Origin: Hydrolagus colliei
Lineage: Eukaryota
Direction: 5' to 3'
DNA length: 64,000 nt
Assembly: GCA_035084275.1 (NCBI GenBank)
Contig: CM068750.1
Span: 5,518,001 to 5,582,000, forward strand
This document shows positions 11,811-24,264 of this stretch, in pieces. Positions within the stretch are counted from its first letter, which is position 1; each line of letters begins with the position of its first letter. The position numbers and the translations under genes were made by a program. The notes beneath the pieces were generated by a model, which saw nothing but the letters and a program-made list of their open reading frames with translations, searched no databases and was not told the DNA's origin.

Positions 11811-11874
11811 AAAGCGCTCTGAGATGCCGTCCGGCGTGGAGGGCACTATATAAATTAAAGTTGTTGTTGTTGTT
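11811..11874 (+). mobile_element. L2-type 3' terminal stem-loop plus (TTG)n tail
   Basis: AAGCGCTCTGAGATGCCGTCCGGCGTGGAGGGCACTATATAAATTAAAG followed by (TTG)n. A similar copy lies at ~57680-57732. Confidence 0.75.
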
Positions 11875-13558
11875 TACTTAACATTAGGTGTGATCCAGTC
11901 ATACTTCAACAAACAGCATGCAAGGACGGAAAAGACAAGTACATCTGCCCAAAGGTTGCTCTGTTTGTAGTTTTAGGAAGTTTTGAATTCTCACACATTT
12001 TGGAGGATTGTGAAAGTAGCACTGCAACACTTTGATTTTTGGCAAACATGCCTTGTGCAAACTGTCGAAAAAGCACAAAGTGGAGGATTAATTTTTCCAA
12101 TGTTGAAAAACACACTGCGGAAAGAGGTGACAATGTTTGATGCTTATCACTCAGAAAGGTACACCCCTAAGGACAGCAGCAATAGAAGTTGATTAATGTC
12201 CTTGTACCATAGAGCTGAAACAATGATCCAACACATCATTTTCTTAGGACTCCCAATTTTTGAGAATAGTAAATCTTTCTCAAATACTTGTTGAGGCTTA
12301 AGGATCCATTTTTAAGTTCGAGAGGCCCCTCTTTATGGCTATAAAAGGCACGGGCTTACACGACAGATATTCCAATTTATGAAATAAACTTGCATGGGTT
12401 ATGTGAAGGAAATTCCCATAACCATTGGGGAGGAAAGCAAAACGGTTAATGTAACATAACATTTTCTTGTTGTTTTCTAATCTTCAATTTTTAGGAATCC
12501 ACAGAAGTGAATCAAAACATATTTATGATTACTGTTGTCTTATTGATATAACATGTTGCATGGTTTTGATCCTAGTATAAGTGGAAGCTCTATTATACAC
12601 TGCAATGCAAATGAAAGCCTCATTTAGAATTGATTAAGCATAGTCAATGTTTGGCTGTTGTCTGATTACCCAACATACTATTTTTTTTAATTTCCATGTG
12701 CATTCTTACTATTAAGTGTCCTTTCAGAAATCTTCAATCTTAATTATCAATGATACAACAAATTCCCCCCAAAGTAAATAATTTTTCAGGAACATTTTAG
12801 TTCACTTTAAGGGTATCTAAGTACAGTACTTACTTAATTTGTTTGATACAAATTTCCAGATTTTAACTGCAGAGAACAGAAATATTCCTGCCAATAAAGC
12901 ATGTATATATAGCACGTTACGCATTCTTGCATTTAATATAGCAGCTTATCATGGCATTGAAATGTCTCAAAGCACTTCACAGGAACTACTATAGTAACGG
13001 CAGAACCTATAGGTGAACATAGTAACCATGATATGGGACTTGAACCAACAAATGTGGCTCATTATTCAATGTTGCATTGATAACTAGAAAAAGAAGGACT
13101 GTGCTCCAGACATCTGTGACAGGGTACATTTGCTCTAGTAAAGGGACTTGCTGTCACAAAAGAGCTCAGAAAGTATTCTTCTAAAATTAATGACATTGGT
13201 ACTTGCTTGGAGAGAACATTTGTAAGTAGAGCCTATACAGAGCAATAATCACCCCAATTAGTGTGAAGATAATTAGTTCATGCACCCAAGCGCTCCAAGG
13301 CAAACTACAGTCTGGAAAATTTGCAAAAATTGTTGCCTTTATTATGGCTTCAACAATACTCCAATGATTTGTGTCAATGAGCCTGAACACTATACAATGA
13401 AGTGAGACTAAACTGGAGAAAAATGAGCTGTGGCCTGTGATAAAAGCAGAGTGTTTAAAAAAAACAACTGAATGTATTGATGGGATGGGATACCTCATGA
13501 TAGCACTAACTGTTCTACTTGGCAACAGGAAAATCTTGTCATTCTGAAGACTTAATTA

Positions 13559-14016
13559 GGAGTCCTGTAGTTCAGTGGTTGGAGCACTCGCCTTGCAAAC
13601 GAGAGACCTGGGTTAGATTCCAAGCCAGGGCGAAACCTTGGGTAAGTTTCCTTACTCCCCATGCCTGATAGTAATCCCTCACACAAAACTTGTCAGTTGA
13701 ATCCACGACTGTTTGTGGGACACTGCTGTGTGTAATTAGTTGCCGCGTTTCATCCGCAAATGTAAGGTCAATTCACTTTACAGTATATTCTGTGAAGTGC
13801 TTTGAGACGTGCCTTTTGTTCCACCCCGAACTCTTTTACCTCCCCTTCATGTTTCACCCCTTCCCAAACACTCCCCTCCCAGCTCGGGTCACACGCCTCT
13901 TGTTCAGCGCCTTGGGACGTCCTCCCGACGTGAAAGGCGCTCTATAAATGTAAATTGTTGTTGTTGTTGTCTAGAAGACGTGAAAAGTGCTATACCAAAT
14001 GCAAGGATTATTATTA
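13559..14016 (+). mobile_element. Full-length tRNA-derived SINE (resembles the abundant Callorhinchus SINE2 family), interrupted by an insertion
   Basis: tRNA-like head GGAGTCCTGTAGTTCAGTGGTT...GGTTAGATTCC with A/B boxes, and a body shared with the copies at 17263, 18911 and 54657. The tail resumes at 13971 (CTAGAAGACGTGAAAAGTGCTATACCAAATGCAAGGATTATTATTA). Confidence 0.9.
13811..13970 (+). mobile_element. Nested L2-type 3' end inserted into the SINE
   Basis: Pyrimidine-rich stretch, then GCGCCTTGGGACGTCCTCCCGACGTGAAAGGCGCTCTATAAATGTAAA and (TTG)n, sitting between the host SINE sequences GAGACGT and CTAGAAG. Confidence 0.85.
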
Positions 14017-15445
14017 AGTGTTGATGGGAAGGTTTTTTTTCACTGGTCAAACGGCAAGAGGGGAAAACTTTTGCTTTCCAAATGGTTTGCTCTTGCATTA
14101 GTGAAGGAACAATCCATTTCGTACCTCATGTGATGACTGTTAAAAGATGAACTGAATGTGGCGATGCCAAGTTTCCTCTTTGCGTCGCTCAGGCCGGTTC
14201 CAATCATAAAAACATACTTTCATAGCAAATCTGGCGATGCGACAAAAAAATCACATAATGTGCCGACAATAAACATTGGCTTTTGAGGGCTCTTTTGTAG
14301 CGCATTAAAGGATTTGGAGACTTGATTTTCAGTTGAGAAATCATTTGGTTGCTATTAAAGTGGATAAGGGTAAATCAAAGGACTTATTGAAATGGCACAT
14401 TAATGGATTGTTTAGGCTGGGGATATTTAAGTGAAGAAAGATGGGCACTGCAGTAGGGTAAACACATGGATAGATCAAAGAATTTTCCAAAGTAGGCAAC
14501 AAAGTCATTAAAAGAGTACTTAGAGAGTAGCTGTTCCTTACAGAAACTGAAGGTCATAAAGGAAGGAGGCAGGAGTTATTTCCTTCCACCCTGCTGGTGT
14601 AATTAAGGGTGAGAGGCAGCTGAAAGCACCCAGCCCTGTAGATTCTTCTAATAAACTTCTAGGATTGATTTCAGGGGAGTAAGTGGCAAGAGGCTGATAT
14701 TGATCAAAGATAATTCTTTAAAGGGAACAATGAGGCTGATTTCCATTTTGTTTGTTAAATTTTGCTCCAAAAGCAAACTGGAGTTCATGCTGTTACTGAA
14801 TGGCTTTTGTTATTGCCTTGAGGCAATAGCTAATATCTTTACACTGTACAGTACTTCCAGGTTGGTTTAACTTGTTAAAAATGACCAGAGGCAAAACTAC
14901 TTCACTCGCAGGCTTAACTCAAGCTTCATTAATGTACATCAAGTGAACAACGACAGACCTCATAGCACACCCACATATTGTTAAATTTGAGTAGAGTTGG
15001 TCTGAAATCTATGAAACTGAAGCCGCTGCATTGTAAAACGTGCTGCAGGCAGTTCATGCTGCTTGTATTGTGAAGGAAATATAACTGCATTCCTTGCAGC
15101 TTTATTGCAAAGAACAAGTTCTGGCTTCATTTTAAGTCACCTCAATAAAACTTCAATAAATTCTATTACCCAATCCCAGTAATTAAAGCAAGCTGGTGTA
15201 TTTAACAACACAAAGACAGGAAATGGGTGGATTTTAAATCCTTCTTTTATCCTTTGAGTCATCTTGGTAACACCTCTTAAGACAGGGGTTATAATTTATT
15301 TTAATGTTACAGGATCTCTTTTTGCAAAAACCTACATAGCGATTTATTACATTTAATCCAACTATCTGGTAATTGCAGCTTATATAGCTTGATTAAGAAT
15401 CAGAATTGAATCCCAGAGAGCAAATTACTGCAATACATATTTATA

Positions 15446-15640
15446 CATATAGAATCATAGAATATTACAGCACAGAATCAGGCCATTCGGCATTTCATGC
15501 CTGTGCTGGCTCATTGGAGGAGCTTCCCAACCAGTTCTATTCACAATCTCTTTCCCATAACCTTGTAAATGTTTCCTTTTTAAGTACCTATCCAATTCCT
15601 GTTTGAAAATTTAATTTGCTTCCAAACTATAAAAAAAATC
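15446..15640 (-). mobile_element. CR1-type LINE 3' end
   Basis: Reverse complement ends ...GAGCCAGCACAGGCATGAAATGCCGAATGGCCTGATTCTGTGCTGTAATATTCTATGATTCTAT, the CR1 terminal motif with (ATTCTATG)n repeats. Confidence 0.8.
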
Positions 15641-15796
15641 TTCCTCTTTCTTTCCTTTGCCTATTTCCAGGTTATAATAGGATAGGATAAACAGATCCAG
15701 AAATGAAATCGGGGCGACGCTAATTATTTCTCCCTATCCATTCAGATCCTCAACATCAGACATACTTAAAAACCACAATAATAAATTGACCACTAC

Positions 15797-15952
15797 AATC
15801 CACGTCTGTTTGTGGTACACTGCTGTGCTCAATCGGCTGCTGCGTTTCGCAGTCAATTCACTTTAACGTATATTCTGCGAAGTGTTTTGAGATGTCTAGA
15901 AGACCTGAAAACCTCTCCATCAAATGCAAGGATTATTATTATTTTATTATTA
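15797..15952 (+). mobile_element. 5'-truncated SINE (same family as 17263)
   Basis: AATCCACGTCTGTTTGTGGTACACTGCTGTG...GAGATGTCTAGAAGACCTGAAA...AATGCAAGGATTATTATT. Confidence 0.85.
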
Positions 15953-17262
15953 CTGGAACCTTCACGTTCTGAGTCAAACATATGCAGTTCTCCTCCAAAG
16001 TACTGTAGTTTACCTTTGAGCTTGAAAGTACCTATTTTATTAGCTGGAATGCCCTTTGCCTGCCAAACATTTGTCTAACCAGATCAATAGAAAGACAAAG
16101 AGCCCCCTCTCTCTTCAACTGACACGATGCTGTGTAAGTATTAAATATACACAAAGACTTCTAATAATGACATCATGATTTAGAATAAAAATGCAATAAC
16201 ATGTACATGTGTCACTGCTGTGGTCGCAGTTTGAGTCTCAGCAGTTTATTTGGCCCCGAATCCTGTTGGCTCCGTGTGTGATTATCGTTGGGGATGGTTA
16301 GCCAGGTGGCTGGCAAGTACATTTGCTTTACACTGAGAGAAGCACCTAAAGGGAAATCTGACACTTGACCCCCCCACTCATTCAACTTCTAACAAGTGAG
16401 CCTCCTGTTAGCTTATTAAAAAGTGTCTCTGCCAATAAACCGCATGGAAGAAATCTGCTTTCTAAACTAACGCCTTGCTGGATAGTTATAAGGCATTTTG
16501 TAAGTTAGGTGGAAGCAATTGGTTATAAATAATGGGAAGCATTAAAATAGGAGCGGAAAGTTCAACGTAAGAAGCTTTAAAAGGAACAAAACTGGATGGA
16601 AAACTGTAAAAATAGGGACAATGCGATAGGGAGCCTGAGAATTAAATTGTTGCATATATTTATTCTCATGCGTGCAGCAGGAAATTAGATGGGAACTGTA
16701 AGTAATTTTCAAAGAGAGGCATGCAGCGTTCTGACGGCTGATCCATGTGCTAACACGGTTGATACAAAGGGAGATCAGAAACAATAGTTGCTACTGTATA
16801 GCCTGCATGTCGTAAATGTCTGATTAACATGAGAGCTGTCATTAATAACTACAGAGTGTAAAAAAGAATTTAGCTGCAGATTTCTATTCCATGGGTGTAC
16901 ACTGCACATTATTTATATGCAGTGATTTTAAAATATTAATCAGCTTCTTAAAATAACCAGCCATGTGTCACATTTGACTAAAAGGTACGTGATCAACGGG
17001 AATATTTTAATATAATTTATGGTAGCATGATAATTCCTTGATTCAATATTTCAATAATCGCAATGTTTTGGAACTCCATTGATGCTCCCACTTTTAGGTA
17101 AAGAGAGGTTATTAATGCATTGTGTTCAAGAGTGCTCCTCTTTGTTCATCAACATTACCAGGATTATCATGGCATGTGATTATCTTGATGGTGAAGAATG
17201 GATTATTAAGATTTTCAGTGAGTTTTACATGCATTATATCTGCTATTATATCATTATATTGT

Positions 17263-17575
17263 GGAGTCCTGTAGCTCATTGGTTAGAGCACTCGCCTTAC
17301 AAGCGAGCGACCTGGGCTCAATTTCAGGCAGGGTGAAAGCTTGGGCATTTCTTTACTCCACACACCTAATAATAATCCCTCAAAAAATTTTTTTTCCCGT
17401 CATTTGAATCCATGACTGTTTGTGGGACACTGCTGTGTGTAATTGGCTGCTGCGTTTCACCTACAAATATACAGTCAAATACACAAATATACACTTTACA
17501 GTATATTCGGTGAAGCACTTTGAGACGTCGAGAAGACGTGAAAATTGCTACATTAAATGCAAGGATTATTATAAT
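17263..17575 (+). mobile_element. Full-length tRNA-derived SINE with L2-type tail
   Basis: Head GGAGTCCTGTAGCTCATTGGTTAGAGCACTCGCC, central box GTTTGTGGGACACTGCTGTG and tail TGCAAGGATTATTATAAT. Confidence 0.9.
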
Positions 17576-18910
17576 ACAGTACCTTGCCATCCCAGGCACA
17601 GACAGGCACATTGCATTCGTATTGTTGGCCAAAAATACTTAGGTCTTAATAAACACAGGTCGTGTATATGTCTGTATGTGCAACATACAAAAGTATTGCA
17701 TTTATAACTGGTAAATTTAAATCAAAGGAAGATTTGAAGCAGCTAAATTCATGGTGAGCGGAAAGCGGACACAACCAAATTTCATGTGTGGAGGTCAAAG
17801 AAACATCAAGACAGGAGCAAGAATCACAGCATTTTGTTTGTGTGAGGGAACAGATCAAACCTGCTCACAGTAAAAAACAAGGAACCATCGATCTGATCAT
17901 TGACCTTGTGAAGTTTGTAAGACATGCAAAGTAACAGTCATATCAGGAACATAAATTACACTTTTAGAACTCATTGTTGAAACGGAGCTGATTAGGACTC
18001 TCATCACTCTTTGCTAAAATACAATAGTTTTATAGGACTTTAGGTGCAATCTTTTGTACTACAATTTTAACTAGTACCCAATTCCATCGCGTCCCTAGTT
18101 TAACAGATGGCCTAAACTAATGAAAAGAGCTTTTTTAATTAGTCCGTCTAAAGATATTTATTCACATTCGAGGTCTCTCCTAATAAAGTTTCATTGACCA
18201 GGTTTGGTGCTGTCGGCTCCCAGCAGCCACCATCTGCTTTGTAGAAGCAACTGGCTTCGGCTGCAGTTTTTGCATTTCCCACTTCACTGAGCTGGAAACT
18301 AGTTTAAAGTTTGTATCTTTTACATCATCTTGAAACAAACCTGAATTATGCCCACAGCAGTAGTTTTTGTAAGTGGATTTTTTTTATGAGTCCACAGGAC
18401 AAAGCATTGGATTCAATGAGAATCCATCACTGCAAGTCTGGGATGTATCATGAATTTAAGATTTAACGCACAATGCTTGTCGATCCCTTGTTAATACCTC
18501 CGAATATAGTCACTACACTTTACAGTAATTCCTGTGAAGAGCTCTGAGATGACTCCACGACGTACCAAGACACAATATTAAATACAATGATCATTATTGT
18601 ATTTAAGGCGCTCTGTAAATACAATGTTATTGTTGTTGTTGTTATTGTTGTCGTATTATCATGCAGAAATAACAGGTGGTGACATTTCAAGCATCTATCA
18701 GCTCTAAAACTAAATAAATGAAAAAAACTCTTAATTTCGGACACCATTTTAGCAGGTCAGAAGGCATCTCAAAGTCTTGACATCCGCTTGCTGCCACTAT
18801 GCAGTTGTTAATTCTGCACATCCCTGTCCATTCCCTTTAAATTTAGTCTCCTTGTAAGTGAAGGTATCAATGATTGTACCGAGATAAAATAAAAGGCTTC
18901 AACATCGGGG

Positions 18911-19240
18911 ATAATAATAGTAATAATAATAATCTTTGCATTTTGATATAGCGCTTTTCACGTCTTCTAGACATCTCAAAGCACTTCACAGAATAGACTG
19001 TAAAATTAATTGACTGTATATTTGTGGGTGAAACGCAGCAGCCAATTGCGCACAGCAATGTTCCACAAACAGTCGTGGATTGAAATGACCAGTTTATTAT
19101 AGTTTTGTTTTTGGACAGATTATTATTAGGCTTGTGGAGTAAGGAAACTTGCCCAAGGTTTCACCCTGACCTGCCCGGATTTGAAACACAGATCTCACAT
19201 TTGTAAGGCGAGTGCTGTCACCACTGAGCCACAGGAATCC
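18911..19240 (-). mobile_element. Full-length tRNA-derived SINE, reverse orientation
   Basis: Reverse complement begins GGATTCCTGTGGCTCAGTGGTGACAGCACTCGCCTTACAAA and ends in (TTA)n at 18911-18933. Confidence 0.9.
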
Positions 19241-22200
19241 AAACGGTTGGCCATAATCTCTGAGAATACCAGAACCAATACAAGTTCAGAAAACTATTTA
19301 GTAACGTTAAGAAAGCCATTGAGGAGAAGATTACATTTAACTGATAAACCAGAGAGTGACTCACAGAGGGACGGAAGTGGCACTAGAAATCCTCTTCACA
19401 TTGGAGGGAGCGTCAGAACAGAAACTGATATGGGAGCCACAACAGATAATGATCCTCTCAATCTCTTCTTTGTCAAACATATTCCACAATCATAATGTTG
19501 AGGTCTATTCGTGGAAAACTAAAACTGTTCAACAAGACTAGCTTCTCAAATTAACTTTGTAATGTGTTACTTGTCCAAACATCTTTACTGTAGCACTAGT
19601 ACCATGCCACAAAAGGAAATGTTAACATTGATTAATTGTAAAACATGGGTAATGACTGCAAGCATATTGCACTGTGCCTGTGTTTTGTTATCCATTGATA
19701 TATCATTTGCAAATTAATTATGTAATTTGCTTTTAATCCGATTTGACCATGATTTTCCCCGCGTTGTTAACCTCTCCATCGCAAAAGAGGCAGGGATGGT
19801 TGAAACCTTTCCCCCTCCAAGTGACCTTTCGCTCACTACATATCTCTTCTGACTGTTTCTCCAACAGAGCAGACACTATGCTTGATCACTTGCTCTAGCA
19901 TGAACTGGCAGCAACATACAGCATTGTTTGGTGGCAACCATGCTGCTTTTAGCATTGGCTTGTAAATACAGCTGAGGCAGTGGATCAATTGAAGCAATGC
20001 AGATCAATAGAATCAATCTACTGCTACCATGATCAGAAATTACAGTCGCTCTCAATAGGGGTAAACATATCAATAGATATGAGAGAAGGAGGTTGTGATT
20101 AGATTTACAGTTTTGTAACCGTCTGTGATCCTGTTCAAAACCCTGATCTCATTTCCTTGCTCAGAGAGAGGCCAACAGCTTACAGAGTTACAGAAAGGGA
20201 AGGGCATTTTCCCGCAACAGCTTTTTTTTCTCTCTCTAAATTAAGCCATTGAGAACCTTCAAGGCTAATTGGTATGGGAGGTTCCGGTTAGCAAAAGCAG
20301 TCGAGTAGACAATTGTAAGGGACAAAATAGCTGCTTAGTCTCGGGAGGCTTTTCAGGTTATACAGTGAATGAAATCTGAGATGACAATGCTGCAATTGGG
20401 GTTGCTATTGGTGCTGATAACCACATCTGGAGATAAATGAATCTCGATTAATTCATGACAGCGACTATGAAGGCTGGGATGATTGTCTTCTACCTGTGAA
20501 AGTTGACAGACAGAAACCCAAAGGTAGGAACAAAGAGAGGAGAGACTTGCTGGATCAACAAGGCCATGGCTGGTGTTTTAATCTGAGGGCAAATCAAATA
20601 TCTTGGGTTTGCCTTTGCCTGGTTTCCACTGCCTGGATTAAAAGCGATGCTATACGTAGCTGTCAGTATTCCACCGAGAAATGATCAGTAATATGGGATT
20701 ACCAGGAATATAGTTAAGACTCAATACCACACTGATGGCTGAGACCAAAAATAATAGTAAAGCACAGGTTTAGGGATACGTACTTTATAGATAGGGGGGA
20801 AAAAGTACACTCACTCATCTTTCTCATACTTAGCCTTGAAATCACAACACGTATTAAAACTAACCAGTGCATATTCTTCTTCAAATAAATTAATGTAGGA
20901 AAATGTAAGGCTATTAAAAATAAACCCACAGGACCTATAGGAGGGCAGTGTAACAAACCTGCACACACGAAAAAACAGCTGTTCAGGGCACATAGCCTGC
21001 AGCTATTACCACCAGCTTATGTCAGTTGCATGTACAGTGGACAAAGCCCAATAGGACGTTCATATACTCTGGGGACAAAACTCAAACCTGCTTGGTTAGA
21101 CTTAGTGCTTTAATCCTCTGTTGGCTGTGAAACAAAAACACTGGAAAATTGTTAGCATTTGTCAATTGGACAGTTTTGAATTTGTTTCATAAAAAACAAA
21201 TGTGAAGGTGAGGAGCTCTGTGCGGTCCTACTTTTGTGCTGCTACTTTGAGTAACACAGTCTGCTTTGCCCATTATTTGCTGATCATTCAACTATTCCGT
21301 CGTTGAATTCATCTACCTCCTAATAAAGCATTTTGACCTCTAAAAATACCTTTAAAACCAAGGTAGCTTTGACAGCAACAGACTGGAGTGAGCCTGGTGC
21401 TAGGCATTGGGATTTGGATTTGAACCAGAATACAATACTTGCTCTCTGGATTCGGCAAAATGAACCGGGCTTTGTGATTCCTTCACAATTCTGAAGTGCA
21501 GCTTTGAGATTTTGTCTCTAAAGTTACACCAACTGCCACAGGCAGATCAGCCATCACTGACTAAATTCCAACGATCCAACTCACTAGATCTCAAGCAGCC
21601 CTGAATTTGACTCTAATTTGTGTCTAGTTAGGTTCATAGGAAAATAATCAGTGTACTAACTATACACTTGTTTGTATTATTTACAGTATATTGTTCTGTC
21701 TGATTCCTGGCCATATAAAACTCCAACCAACGGATCTTGTCTTTACATTCACATTCAATCAGTTATCATTACACCAGTGGCCTGAAATATCACCTATTCT
21801 TAGCTTGTAAAAACAATTGCCTTAAAATGTAAGACTCAAAAATTGAGGAGAATTCTGAATATTTCAGTCTTAATTTGTAAGTCGGTTTTCTATGGTTCTT
21901 AAAAAGTACTGGCTGCCAAATTGAGTTTTCCACATATCTGCTCAGTCTGACATTCTAAGATAAAATGGACTGACAGGCAAACACGGGATGGAAGTTAAAG
22001 CCCCTATACTGTCTGTGTGACTCCAATACTACATTGAAGAGATGCTATTGTAAAATATATAAAATGTATCTTTGACTGCAGATGTGCATGGGAAATGTTG
22101 ATTACTGCAGGAAGATGGTACTCAGTGTACTATTCAGGTGTCATATTATAAAGGTTTAAATGACCTTGATTTTGTGTCCGGAGATTGCTGTCTCTTATAG

Positions 22201-22766
22201 TTACCCCGTGACTGATCAGGAACTTCACCATATAATCCCATTACACCAGGATTAGTGAACAATACATATCTGGTAATTTAATATCACATTTTTTAACATC
22301 CTATTGGAGTGAAGAAAGCAGAAGTCAAACTTGCCTTCAATAAATCCTGAGGATTCCATTAACTGACAAACAAGCAATGATATTCTGCATTTGTACCAGA
22401 AAGATACAGCCACATATAGAAGAAAGGCTTCCATTTTGATCTGCATATTCTTGCAAATGTTATTAATTAAAAACTACCCACTGAAAGAAATAATGGGAAG
22501 AGTAGATGCGAGCAGTAAAAAAAATGAAAGGACGGGGGAGATGAAGAGAAAATGAACAGACTCGGATAAGTGAACAAGTGTTTGGGACATGCTGAAATTA
22601 CATTTCTTCATTATTTAACAAAATAGTAGTTCAAATATTTTGTTTCTGTCTTCCATGGTGAATTGCATGCAGAGAAGTGCATGGCCTACACAGGTAATGA
22701 TGTAGGAATGACTGAATTCAGGAGAGGGAAATATTTTCGGTCTTGGAATCCTGACCTTCATTAACA

Positions 22767-22913
22767 ATTATAATCCTTACACTTGATATAACGCCTTTCG
22801 TTTTGGGGGGACGTTTCAAAGTGCTTCAAAGGATACACTAAAGAACTTGTAAAGACTGTATTTTGTAGGCAATGCAGCAGGTTATTTGCGCATAGCAAAG
22901 TCCCACAAACAGC
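22767..22913 (-). mobile_element. Degenerate SINE/L2 3' tail
   Basis: Reverse complement has GCTGTTTGTGGGACTTTGCTATGCGCAAAT...AAGCACTTTGAAACGTCC...GAAAGGCGTTATATCAAGTGTAAGGATTAT. Confidence 0.75.
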
Positions 22914-24236
22914 TTTTTTTACGTAAAACAGCTGCAGATTTTGCTTTTATTGTTTATACAAGCACTCCACCTTCTATTTTCCCCTCTGCGTTACTTCCAT
23001 ATCTGAAGGACTTAACAGAATCATCCAACTAAGGAAACTGAAACAGCAGGTAGTCCTGCGATTTGAACTAATGACCTTCTGAAAGGGAATCAAGAACACC
23101 TAGCTGCTTGGGCTATTAGATTGCCCGAGGGCTGAAACACAGAAGCATTTTTTTTATATTAGGAAAAAAATCATCTTACTTTAATATTGAATCATCATCT
23201 GAAAATACTGCGTGAGGATTGCTATATGAACCCGAGATGCTGTGTTGCACACAATGATACCTCGCTATTTGCAGGAATCAGCTTTTTAACTCTTTTTTTC
23301 CAGCTTGAGGCTGGTTTATAGCAATCAGCTAGGGTAAGGATGCTTCACTTGTTTTTCTTGAAATAAATGGCTGAGAGTTTGCTGATGAGGCGGGGGCTGA
23401 GATTGGAATATATTTAACAATGGCTTCTTATCTGCCTACTATTGCCAGCATCTCACTGTAACTCCAAGCCATCTAATAACTCAAATTGTTCATTGCCACC
23501 TCCCCTGACTGCTGTACGCCTATTGTCACCACTTCAATCCATCCATTCCACCTCCTCTGTCTCTTTTATCCCTCTTAAGTACCTCATTACTCATACTATT
23601 TCATATGTTGCATCATTTGCACCAGTCTTCTTTCTTATCCCTGTAAATACTCGGTTCTGTGTGACAGATTTTACCCCCCACTGATACCATACTTTCAGAA
23701 AAGCACTAACTGGAAAAGGCCGATGTGTGGTTCCTAATCTCTTTCTCTATTTCAGTGAGTATTTCAGGAATTATTTATGTCACCATCAACTCAAATTACA
23801 GAAAATTATCATTTCTGCTGAGCTTCCCCTATTCTGCTGTTGAATTACTGGATCCATCTTACAGACATAAAATTATCTTCATACTCACAATTGTCTCATT
23901 TATAAAGAAATAATTCGTTTTAAATTCCCAATTGCAAACATAAATGTGAAAGCATGCGACGTTTTTGCAATTGGAGATGTTTGGGGATATCATTGCTGGT
24001 TCTTCCATTTGTTGTGTGGGTGTGTGTGCGTCGGATGGGTGTGTGGGTGGGTTGGATGTGTGTGGAGGGGGGATAGGGAATACAACATTAGTCTAGATTC
24101 ATCACTGAAGGGATACTATATAAATGTATCAATAAAATAATCAAGCAACTCTCTTTTTGATTGCAGCAATGTAACACACATTACAGCGGTGCCTGTTAAG
24201 TCTACTGTATATGAAAGATGGCGTATCAAAGATACA

Positions 24237-24264
24237 GGGGTGGTGGGGTGGGGGGGGGGGGGGG
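24237..24264. repeat. G-rich run
   Basis: GGGGTGGTGGGGT followed by a run of about 15 G. Confidence 0.9.

Noticed and set aside
13559-13632. tRNA genes (also 17263, 19170-19240, 54657)
   Set aside because: The tRNA-like A/B-box heads run directly into a shared SINE body and L2 tail and differ between copies. They are SINE heads, not tRNA genes.
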